This document shows positions 25,628 to 33,982 of a stretch of 36,822 bases of DNA, piece after piece (within the stretch, counting starts at the first letter, position 1; every line of letters starts with the position of its first letter). The translations under genes and the position numbers were made by a program. The notes beneath the pieces were generated by a model. The model made no database searches. It saw nothing but the letters and a program-made list of their open reading frames with translations, and had not been told where the DNA came from. The DNA comes from a virus. Taxonomy: Duplodnaviria; Caudoviricetes. The stretch spans positions 1 to 36,822 of the IMG/VR virus record IMGVR_UViG_3300037419_000253. One strand, written 5' to 3'.

Positions 25628-28147
25628 TTAGATACACAATATGGGTCTTTGATTATTCAAAAGCGTGATGTTGCTATTGATATGGTTGAAGATTTAAAAA
25701 TTATTAATCATAGATTAGTATTGACAGAGATTCCAAACTCCCTATATAAAGTAAATATTACAAATTATGTAGAGAAAGATTATAACGGATATAAACTCGG
25801 AACAAAATTAAATAATAATGAATTTGTTGTTGACTATGGGCTAGGAATTGTTATTTTTGCCGACACAGTATTAGATAATACATCTGTCCATGTTGTTTAT
25901 AAAGGTATGGGATATATTCAATATCCTGCTTCTAGGATTTATTACCACAATGAACAACAAGATACAATTGATAATCTACAAGATATTATCAACGAAAGTA
26001 TTCCTGCGGTTCAGACTGTTAATGATTTAACTGCTAAAATAACAGAAGGTAATACTTTAAAAACAAATTTAGAAAATGATATTGCTAGTGGTAATACTGT
26101 TAAGTCAAATCTAGACTCAAGCATTACTACTGCAAATTCTACAAAAACTGCATTAGATACTAGTAATACCAATGCAAATAATACTAAAATTAATTTAGAC
26201 ACTAGTAATAGTACCGCAGTTACAACAAAGACAAATTTAGATAATACTATTTCAACTGCCAATACTACTAAAACTAATTTAGACAATAGTATTAGTACAG
26301 GAAATACATTAAAAACAAATTTAGATACGTCTAATACAAATGCAACTAATACGAAAACAGGATTAGACACTAGTATTTCAAGTGCAAACACTAGTAAAAC
26401 AAATCTTGATGGTAGTATTACAAGTGGAAACACTCTTAAAACAAACCTTGATACTAGTATAACAAATGCAACAAATATTAACAATACTTTAGGTGTAACA
26501 ATTACAAATGGTCAAACAAAAATTGATACAATTGATAATTTTAAGCACTTAGGTACTTATGTCGGTGCAACCGCTTATGTACCTAGAAATATGGTGGAAT
26601 ATAATGGTAGTACATATGTTTGTATTTTAAATAGTACAGGCAATTTACCAACAAACACAACTTATTGGAAACTATTTGCTTCAAAAGGTACAGATGGAGC
26701 AGGTAATGTTTTAAGTGTCAATGGATATACAGGAACAGTTGTTTTAAATGCAGGTGATGTTGGAGCAATAAGTTCAACTATTCCTACTGTAAGTGGAGAT
26801 TTAAATACCTATGTAACAACAGGTATGTATTATGTTCCTACAAGTACAACAAATGCACCAACTACTAGTGCATACAATTTAATAGTAATAAGCAATGGAA
26901 CAAATGTTACTCAAATTGCACATTTACTAGGAACAAGTAACTATGGTGTTCAAACAAGAAGTAGTGCCAATAATGGTTCAACATGGAATAGTTGGGTAAG
27001 AGAAATAGTGGCATCAGATTTTACATCAACACCTTCAAGTAGCACGACAACTGGATTGACTCCAAACTGGGCATATCAATTAGGATTTTTTGATAGTTCA
27101 TATACAATTTCAACCAATAATGGTGCGGTAGATTTAAACACAACGTATGCCAATACTGTATTTAGAAATCTAACAGGAACATTAACAAATGCACCTAGTG
27201 GAGTTACAACTAATGTATTGTTTATACAATATCGTTTAATTGGAACAACAGATTATATTCAACATTTATGGACAAATGAAGCAAATCCTAGATATTTTAC
27301 AAGAGCGAAAACAGGGAATGTTTGGGGAAATTGGATGCAACAAAATGACTTTAACTCGCTTGCAAATAAGCCAACAACATTGAGTGGTTATGGTATCACA
27401 GATGCTCTAAGTACAAGTGGTGGAACAATTAGTGGTCTTTTAACACTATCAAGTACTTTGACCCTATCAAATACTAATATTTCATATACAGATGGAACAA
27501 CTGGATTTAATGTTATGAGATTTAAGAATGGTAACTCTAATGGTCATGCAGTAGGTATTGGTGCAGGTGGTTCAACATTAATTGGTGGGGGAGAATCTGT
27601 TGCAACCGTTATGAATGATGCAACAAATGGTATTACAGATGCAACAAAAGAAACATTATATTTAACTTCTGATGATGATGTGCAAATATGGACAAATATA
27701 CAAGCAGGTATCACTTCGGCAAAAAAGAGTTATTTTGATAAATTAGGTAATTTAGTTGTAAATAATACTATATCAGAAGGTGGAACATTATTATCTAGTA
27801 AATATCAACCTAAATATACAACAGGTACTTCCGCACCTTCGGTAACACCTACTTCCGTTGGATTAATTTATATTGATACAACAAATCAAAAAGCGTATAT
27901 ATCAACGGGTACAAGTGTCGTTTCTGATTGGGAACAACTAGACCAAGTGGATTGGACAAATATCTTAAATAAACCATCAACATTCACTCCTTCTGCTCAT
28001 ACACATGTTGTTGCAGATATTACAGATTTATCGACAAATTATTACAATAAAACACAAGTTGATGCGAAAGTTCCATCAAATAAGATTACTGTTAGTTCAA
28101 CTCAACCATCATCACCTGCCCTAAATGATATATGGATACAGGTATAA
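25622..28147 (+). CDS. Tail fibre protein (mosaic)
   Basis: N-terminal domain paralogous to that of 22348-25527, then 14-aa repeats, a CBM-like motif (AYVPRNMVEYNGSTYVC..TYW), VLSVNGYTGTVVL, two pyocin-knob-like units, NKPTTLSGYGITDA and AHTH fibre motifs. Confidence 0.8.
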   Translation: MALDTQYGSLIIQKRDVAIDMVEDLKIINHRLVLTEIPNSLYKVNITNYVEKDYNGYKLGTKLNNNEFVVDYGLGIVIFADTVLDNTSVHVVYKGMGYIQYPASRIYYHNEQQDTIDNLQDIINESIPAVQTVNDLTAKITEGNTLKTNLENDIASGNTVKSNLDSSITTANSTKTALDTSNTNANNTKINLDTSNSTAVTTKTNLDNTISTANTTKTNLDNSISTGNTLKTNLDTSNTNATNTKTGLDTSISSANTSKTNLDGSITSGNTLKTNLDTSITNATNINNTLGVTITNGQTKIDTIDNFKHLGTYVGATAYVPRNMVEYNGSTYVCILNSTGNLPTNTTYWKLFASKGTDGAGNVLSVNGYTGTVVLNAGDVGAISSTIPTVSGDLNTYVTTGMYYVPTSTTNAPTTSAYNLIVISNGTNVTQIAHLLGTSNYGVQTRSSANNGSTWNSWVREIVASDFTSTPSSSTTTGLTPNWAYQLGFFDSSYTISTNNGAVDLNTTYANTVFRNLTGTLTNAPSGVTTNVLFIQYRLIGTTDYIQHLWTNEANPRYFTRAKTGNVWGNWMQQNDFNSLANKPTTLSGYGITDALSTSGGTISGLLTLSSTLTLSNTNISYTDGTTGFNVMRFKNGNSNGHAVGIGAGGSTLIGGGESVATVMNDATNGITDATKETLYLTSDDDVQIWTNIQAGITSAKKSYFDKLGNLVVNNTISEGGTLLSSKYQPKYTTGTSAPSVTPTSVGLIYIDTTNQKAYISTGTSVVSDWEQLDQVDWTNILNKPSTFTPSAHTHVVADITDLSTNYYNKTQVDAKVPSNKITVSSTQPSSPALNDIWIQV
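26039..26500 (+). repeat. About 11 tandem 42-bp (14-aa) coding repeats
   Basis: ITEGNTLKTNLEND / IASGNTVKSNLDSS / ... / ITSGNTLKTNLDTS; double-heptad periodicity. Confidence 0.85.
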
Positions 28148-28162
28148 AGGAGGTAATTAAAG

Positions 28163-29437
28163 ATGACTATTTACCTCTCGATGAATGGAACAAGTGATTA
28201 TCTTCAATTACCATCTATGACAATGAAAAAGTTTGTTATAGATGCGTATTGGGAGTTACCAATAACTGACTATCACATTCTCTTAGATACGAGAATAGGA
28301 GAAACAAACGGTTATATCTATGCAATGAAAGATGGTTCATTAATTACCGCAGGAGCAACCTTTTCTGTATCACCTACAATAGCATTTAATAGTAGACAAA
28401 CAATCACATTTAATGCAGTTAATAATATTGATGGTAATGGCAATTTTACAGATAATCCAACTATATTCGCTAATAATACAGGTGGAGAAAACTACAAGGG
28501 TAAAATTTATAGTATCAAGTGTTATAACGCTAATAACGTTTTAATTGCTAATTATGATATGTCAACAGGCACAGTACAAGACCAAAGTGGCAACGGAAAT
28601 CATGCAACATTAAACGGTGGAGCGTGGCTTGATTCAAATAGAATTGTTGTCGTATCTGACTCATTTAATCGAACTGCTAATGCTACAAGTTTAGGTTCAA
28701 CTGATAGTGTATATGGTGGAACATCTAAAGCATGGCAAATTTCTCCATCAAGCGGTGGAACAGTATATGGAATTGACTCAAGTGGTCAAGCATATGCTTC
28801 AACTCCAAGTGGAACTAGAACAATTGCAACAGTAGATACAGGAGTTTCAGATGGACAAGTATCTTTAAGAATATCTACCTATGATTCTTCTAATAAACCA
28901 AAACTTGTTTTAAGAGCAACAGATGAAAACAATATGCTTTTATTAGGCACAACAGGAAATATGATTGAATTTTACTCATATCAAAATGGAACAATTGTAA
29001 GTTTTTGGGATTCTCCATCAACAACAGGAGAGACAATTGCAAATGGAGATATTTTATCTGTTAAGATGGAAGGTTCAACAATTAGTTTATATAAAAATGG
29101 AGTGTTGTTGACAAGTCCATTAACAGTAACATTCAATCAAACTGCTACAAAATTTGGTATTAATATGTACAATTATGGATTGGCTAGAGTTGATAATTTC
29201 ATATTTGAAAAATTCCCATCTCCAAAATCATTTCAAGTTTGGAATGGAACTAGTCTTACAAACGTTTCATTATCATCTATTAAATCTTGGAATGGAACAT
29301 CTTTTGTTCCTGTATTGGCAGTAAAGGTATGGGATGGAAATGCATGGGTAGATGTAATTGTCAATAGTAATTCAATTGGAAATCTAGATTATTGGATTAA
29401 GAGTCCATTCAAACTTCCAAATCTTGATACATTATAA
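28163..29437 (+). CDS. Putative fibre-tip / lectin-like (LamG/concanavalin-like) receptor-binding protein
   Basis: 424 aa with AAGGAGG RBS. LamG-like motifs (YKGKIYSIKCY, VQDQSGNGNHATLNG), a second beta-sandwich, and C-terminal VWNG repeats. Confidence 0.6.
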   Translation: MTIYLSMNGTSDYLQLPSMTMKKFVIDAYWELPITDYHILLDTRIGETNGYIYAMKDGSLITAGATFSVSPTIAFNSRQTITFNAVNNIDGNGNFTDNPTIFANNTGGENYKGKIYSIKCYNANNVLIANYDMSTGTVQDQSGNGNHATLNGGAWLDSNRIVVVSDSFNRTANATSLGSTDSVYGGTSKAWQISPSSGGTVYGIDSSGQAYASTPSGTRTIATVDTGVSDGQVSLRISTYDSSNKPKLVLRATDENNMLLLGTTGNMIEFYSYQNGTIVSFWDSPSTTGETIANGDILSVKMEGSTISLYKNGVLLTSPLTVTFNQTATKFGINMYNYGLARVDNFIFEKFPSPKSFQVWNGTSLTNVSLSSIKSWNGTSFVPVLAVKVWDGNAWVDVIVNSNSIGNLDYWIKSPFKLPNLDTL

Positions 29438-29452
29438 AATAATAACAACTTC

Positions 29453-29479
29453 AAAGAGTAGCAGATTGCTACTCTTTTT
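29453..29479 (+). terminator. Rho-independent terminator
   Basis: AAAGAGTAGCA-GAT-TGCTACTCTTT followed by TT. Confidence 0.8.
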
Positions 29480-29506
29480 AATTTTAATAGAAAAGGGGAA
29501 TTTTAA

Positions 29507-29860
29507 ATGAATGTAGGAACATCTAATTATAGAAAATTATATAGTGGACAACCATCAACATCTGCAACAACTTTATATACTGCACCTGCAAATACAACAC
29601 CACAACCTTCACCATACGTAACTGCGGTCATTAAAGAAATTTGGTTGGTAAATACAACTTCAACTGCTCAAACAGTTACAATTGGAATTAATGGAACAAG
29701 TGCGGTGAATCAAATTATTCCTGCTCAAACGATTCAACCAAATACCGCAGTACCAATTTCTGATATTAACAAAGCATTAAGTGGGGGAGACACTATACAA
29801 GCACTTCAAAGTGTTGCAGGTGCGATTACAGTTCATATAGATGGAATTGAGGTGCAATAA
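29507..29860 (+). CDS. Small beta-sandwich virion adaptor protein
   Basis: 117 aa with AAAAGGGG RBS, TLYTAPA...IWLVNT...GIEV pattern, directly before the propeller protein. Confidence 0.5.
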   Translation: MNVGTSNYRKLYSGQPSTSATTLYTAPANTTPQPSPYVTAVIKEIWLVNTTSTAQTVTIGINGTSAVNQIIPAQTIQPNTAVPISDINKALSGGDTIQALQSVAGAITVHIDGIEVQ

Positions 29861-29863
29861 TAT

Positions 29864-32800
29864 ATGGCAATTAAATCGTTAAATGGTAACGATAGAATGA
29901 TAGATTTAAGTGGGGGTGATATGCTCACTCCTAGTTATAAAAATGTTCTAGTGAATAATTATAACTCTAATATATTAGATATAAAGAATCAACTAGGATA
30001 TTGGTATACACAAGGAACTATTACTAGAAGTGCAGTTAGTGTTATCAATAGTGCATTAGATACAAGTGGTAATGGTGGTAGAAAAGTTGTCAGATTAGAC
30101 AATGGTTGGATAGTTCTTGGAGTATTAGATACTAGTGGATTAAAATATGTGCTATATTATAGCACAGATTTTGGAGCAACTTGGCAAGTATTTTGGACAG
30201 GTTCTTCGCAAACTAGTGTGCAATCTATATCTTTAGCAACTAATGGAACATATATTTATTTATTATTTTCATATAATAATGCAAATATTATGTGTGCAGT
30301 ATTTAACCAATCAAAATCAGTAATTCAAGCACCAAATATTGAAACAGGGCAAACCGCATTAGGCGGAAGTTCAATGACATATAATCCTAGTGATAAAACC
30401 CTTCATTGTGCATGGGCGAGTATAAACAGTACCTATCCGAACTCATACAACATTCGTTATGCAAAAGGAACGATTGCAAATGATGGTAGTGTGACATGGG
30501 GTACGGTGACACAAGTAACAACTGCTAGTACGACAGGTTCGGATAGTAAAAATCCTTCTGTTGTAATGAGTGGCACAAATCCGTTGATTATCTATTCTTT
30601 TGGTACGAGTTCAAGTAGTAACCAACAAATCAAATGTTACAACGTAACGAATAGTACAACTACGAATGTTTATTCTGTGACTTCAACTGTGTATTTACAA
30701 TTCTCCCCATCCGCAACAGTCGATGGTACAGGTGCGATTCATGTGGTGTGGTATGGTTACGATGCTACGGATACCGCAGTTTATAATGTTCGCTATAGCA
30801 AATCAACAGATGGCGGTGCAACTTGGTCTGCGATGACGAAGTTGACAAGTGGTAATACGTATCATCAAGCATACCCTAGTATCACTTATGACCAAAATAA
30901 TAACATATATGTTTATTTTTCAGGTCGAGGTTCAAGTAATACGGATTCTTATAGAATTAGAAGTATTATATATAACGGTTCTTGGGGTTCTATAACAGAC
31001 ATTACATCTAACACAACAGGTCAAGCGAATATGGTTTATGTTTCCTTATGCGACAACATCCGTACATTCACATCACCGTTAGTCACATGGCAAGACAACG
31101 TATCACCATCCGTTAAATTTAGTGGTACATGGACAGACATAACTGCACAAGGTACAAAATCTTCAATAGTTGATAATAATACTTTATTTAATAAATTGTC
31201 AACTATGGCTAGTGATAGTTTAACAGAAACACAGAAAACTAGTTTAATGAATACATTGAATGGATATATTAATGGTGATATTCAAAATCAATGGGGATAC
31301 TCTCCTACTTATGGCACAACAACAAATCCATCAAGAACTAATATAAATATCGTAGCAAGTGCAAATGATGTTTCAAAAGGCGGTCATAAAACATCTACTC
31401 GTCTGAAAGATGGTACATTAATTTCCATTTCAAAAAGTGGATTAAATATATTAATGTATAAGAGTACAGACAATGGTAATACATGGTCGTTATTAAAAAC
31501 CATAACTGCTACAAGTAGTTTACAAGATGCTTCTGTGACAACAAATGGTAAGTATATTTATTTATTAAGGGCGGAACAGACTACTTCTGTTTTCTTAAAT
31601 GCTTACGATGTAACTGGAACATTAATTGGTGGTGCAGGTAAAACGATTGATAGTTTGCAATCACAAATTAGTGAAATTACGATTACCTACAATCCATATG
31701 ATAAAACACTTCATATGGTATCTATAACTAAGAACTCGACATATACAGGTTCTTGGAATCTTCGATATTCAAATGTTTCGGTTAATTCAATAGATGGTAG
31801 TTTAGGCACACCTTCTACTGTAACTCAACTTACAACCGATAATAGTGCAGGTGGTATAGATTGGTTCACTCCATGTATTATCATACGTAAAGATGGCACA
31901 CCTTTTATTGTGGCAACTCAAAGTTATTACACAAGTGGCAATGGTAATGCTATTTGGGGTTATTATCTAAATGGTAGTTCATGGTTAAGGTATCAAATTA
32001 ATAGTGGTGGTTGGGATGCTCGATATAGTTCACATGCAACAGTAGATTCAAGTGGAACAATTCACGTAGCATTTGCAGGTTATGATACAACGGATACAAC
32101 ATGGTCAAATATTCGATATACAAAATCAACAGATAATGGTGTCACATGGTCTGCAATGGTAAAACTAACAAGTGGGAATACTTATGGACAGTATAACCCT
32201 ATTATTAAGACAGACCAAAATAATAATATATATATCTATTGGGAAGGTACAACTGCTTCAAGTAATGGTAAATATAATATTCGTTCGATTATTTATAATG
32301 GCTCTTCGTGGGGTTCAATTAATGAAATAACTACATCAACAACTGCCGATATACGTTATCCTAATTTTGTAGAAGGAATTGACACCTTTACATCACCGCC
32401 TGTTATATGGACAGACAATGTAAGTCCTTCTGTTAAATTTAATGGTTCGTGGACAGATAAACCAATTACAAATGAGGTATTATCCATTAGTGCAGTAAGT
32501 AATAAAGCATTAATAGATGGTGTAATTGCAAAAGGAATTGGCAAGCGATATGCTTCGGGTACAGTAACAAGTAGCAGTTCTACGCAAACATTTACTGCGG
32601 TAGATGGAGCAACTACGTATCTTAGACCATATGTAACAATAACAGGATTATCTTTTAAACCATCACGTATTGTGCTATTTGAAACACTAAATCCAACATT
32701 GGTTTTATATTCAGAAGATATGGATGGAAACTATGGGAAAACCGTTAAACATTCACTATTTTATAATCAAAATTCTAATTCAACATCATACACTTATAAT

Positions 32801-32899
32801 TACAGAGGGGATGTTGCACCTGTTAGTGTAATAAACGGAAGTTTCACATTACCTGTATATCAGAGTAGTAGAGTTCATACATGGATAGCTTATGAATAA
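29864..32899 (+). CDS. Receptor-binding protein with two tandem BNR/Asp-box (sialidase-like) beta-propellers
   Basis: Asp boxes STDFGATW, STDGGATW, STDNGNTW and STDNGVTW. Two ~390-aa repeats each ending DNVSPSVKF.G.WTD. Fibre-type C-terminus (TGLSFKPSRI...WIAYE). Confidence 0.75.
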   Translation: MAIKSLNGNDRMIDLSGGDMLTPSYKNVLVNNYNSNILDIKNQLGYWYTQGTITRSAVSVINSALDTSGNGGRKVVRLDNGWIVLGVLDTSGLKYVLYYSTDFGATWQVFWTGSSQTSVQSISLATNGTYIYLLFSYNNANIMCAVFNQSKSVIQAPNIETGQTALGGSSMTYNPSDKTLHCAWASINSTYPNSYNIRYAKGTIANDGSVTWGTVTQVTTASTTGSDSKNPSVVMSGTNPLIIYSFGTSSSSNQQIKCYNVTNSTTTNVYSVTSTVYLQFSPSATVDGTGAIHVVWYGYDATDTAVYNVRYSKSTDGGATWSAMTKLTSGNTYHQAYPSITYDQNNNIYVYFSGRGSSNTDSYRIRSIIYNGSWGSITDITSNTTGQANMVYVSLCDNIRTFTSPLVTWQDNVSPSVKFSGTWTDITAQGTKSSIVDNNTLFNKLSTMASDSLTETQKTSLMNTLNGYINGDIQNQWGYSPTYGTTTNPSRTNINIVASANDVSKGGHKTSTRLKDGTLISISKSGLNILMYKSTDNGNTWSLLKTITATSSLQDASVTTNGKYIYLLRAEQTTSVFLNAYDVTGTLIGGAGKTIDSLQSQISEITITYNPYDKTLHMVSITKNSTYTGSWNLRYSNVSVNSIDGSLGTPSTVTQLTTDNSAGGIDWFTPCIIIRKDGTPFIVATQSYYTSGNGNAIWGYYLNGSSWLRYQINSGGWDARYSSHATVDSSGTIHVAFAGYDTTDTTWSNIRYTKSTDNGVTWSAMVKLTSGNTYGQYNPIIKTDQNNNIYIYWEGTTASSNGKYNIRSIIYNGSSWGSINEITTSTTADIRYPNFVEGIDTFTSPPVIWTDNVSPSVKFNGSWTDKPITNEVLSISAVSNKALIDGVIAKGIGKRYASGTVTSSSSTQTFTAVDGATTYLRPYVTITGLSFKPSRIVLFETLNPTLVLYSEDMDGNYGKTVKHSLFYNQNSNSTSYTYNYRGDVAPVSVINGSFTLPVYQSSRVHTWIAYE

Positions 32900-32914
32900 G
32901 AAAGGGGAAAAATA

Positions 32915-33658
32915 ATGAATATCGGTAGAAGAATATATTTTGAATTATCGACAGGTAGTGTAATTTTAGATAAAGGTGAAATGCAAGGCTCAATCGTTCC
33001 CACAACGATTGAGCAAGACATTGAAAATTACATAGTCTTACAAGAAAGAGTAAGAGAATCATATGATTATATTGAATTGCCATATGGTCAATATGCTCAA
33101 GATTTTCTAGAGAATAATGGATATAGAATTAATCTTGAAACTAGAGATATGGAGTTTAGTTATCCAACAGGAGAACCAAATCAAGAGCCTGTATTTAGAA
33201 CACCTTTATCAACACAAGTACAAGAATTACAAAACCAATTAAAAACCGCAGACCAAAAATATAAAGAACTAAATCTAGAAACTATTGATTTAGAAACTTT
33301 AAAAACTGCTAAAATTGGACAACTTGAAGAGAATTGTAATCAAGCTATTGTTGATGGATTCGATTACACTATCAACTCTGTATCATATAAGTTTTCTTGC
33401 TCTCTTGAAGCACAAGCAAACTTTCAAGGTGCAGATACATTGTTTAAAGATGGTTTAATTACGGAAGCAGAATGGACAGTTTTTAATAATGCAACTCAAA
33501 AAGTTGAGCGTGTTATGATTGAACAAACTACTTTTCCATCTATTAAACTACAAGTATTCCAACATATCAACTCTAATATTAGCAAATTACGAAACACTTT
33601 GCAACCACAAGTAGAATCTGCTACTACAAATCTTGAAGTAGACAGTATTGTGTGGTGA
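32915..33658 (+). CDS. Putative tail fibre assembly chaperone (C-terminal DUF4376-like region)
   Basis: 247 aa after the fibre gene, with LKTAKIGQL...Q(AN)F...VESATTNLEVDSIVW ending typical of fibre chaperones. Confidence 0.6.
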   Translation: MNIGRRIYFELSTGSVILDKGEMQGSIVPTTIEQDIENYIVLQERVRESYDYIELPYGQYAQDFLENNGYRINLETRDMEFSYPTGEPNQEPVFRTPLSTQVQELQNQLKTADQKYKELNLETIDLETLKTAKIGQLEENCNQAIVDGFDYTINSVSYKFSCSLEAQANFQGADTLFKDGLITEAEWTVFNNATQKVERVMIEQTTFPSIKLQVFQHINSNISKLRNTLQPQVESATTNLEVDSIVW

Positions 33659-33662
33659 TAAA

Positions 33663-33881
33663 ATGAAAAAATACATTTGGAACTTATTAGTTGCACTAGA
33701 CCAATTTTTTAATGCTTTATTTGGTGGCGATAGTGATGAAACAATTTCATCTAGAATGGGTAAACATGTTATAAAAAATGATTGTGTATTCTGTAATTTC
33801 ATGTGTAAGTTTTTAAATTTATTTCAGAAAGACCATTGTATTAAATCTATTGAAAAAGATGAAGGCGAAAAAATAGAGTAG
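33663..33881 (+). CDS. Small conserved phage protein
   Basis: 72 aa, DQFFNALFGGDSDETISSRMGK...C..L...DHC motif common next to fibre genes. Confidence 0.6.
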   Translation: MKKYIWNLLVALDQFFNALFGGDSDETISSRMGKHVIKNDCVFCNFMCKFLNLFQKDHCIKSIEKDEGEKIE

Positions 33882-33982
33882 TGAACAAATACAATGAATA
33901 ATGAATATATAAAGTGAGAGGAATGTTTTATTTCCTCTCACTTTTTTTTGTATATAAGGAAAAAGGGGGAAAATAAATGGCA
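33881..33982 (+). repeat. Intergenic direct repeat copy B (18-nt motif variant + terminator hairpin + RBS + ATGGCA)
   Basis: GTGAACAAATACAATGAATAATGAATATATAAAGTGAGAG..., matching 25534-25627. Confidence 0.85.
33911..33949 (+). terminator. Rho-independent terminator
   Basis: AAAGTGAGAGGAA / TTCCTCTCACTTT stem followed by a T-tract. Confidence 0.8.

Noticed and set aside
26011-26484. 157-aa hydrophobic minus-strand ORF, and the other antisense ORFs (e.g. 3416-4012, 4705-4989, 17698-18117, 16033-16335)
   Set aside because: These are shadows of biased or repetitive plus-strand coding sequence fully overlapping well-supported genes, with no recognisable motifs.
22348-33881. Diversity-generating retroelement or invertible shufflon acting on the fibres
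   Set aside because: No reverse transcriptase, no adenine-specific TR/VR pair seen, and no inverted fibre cassettes. The propeller repeats differ at all base types.
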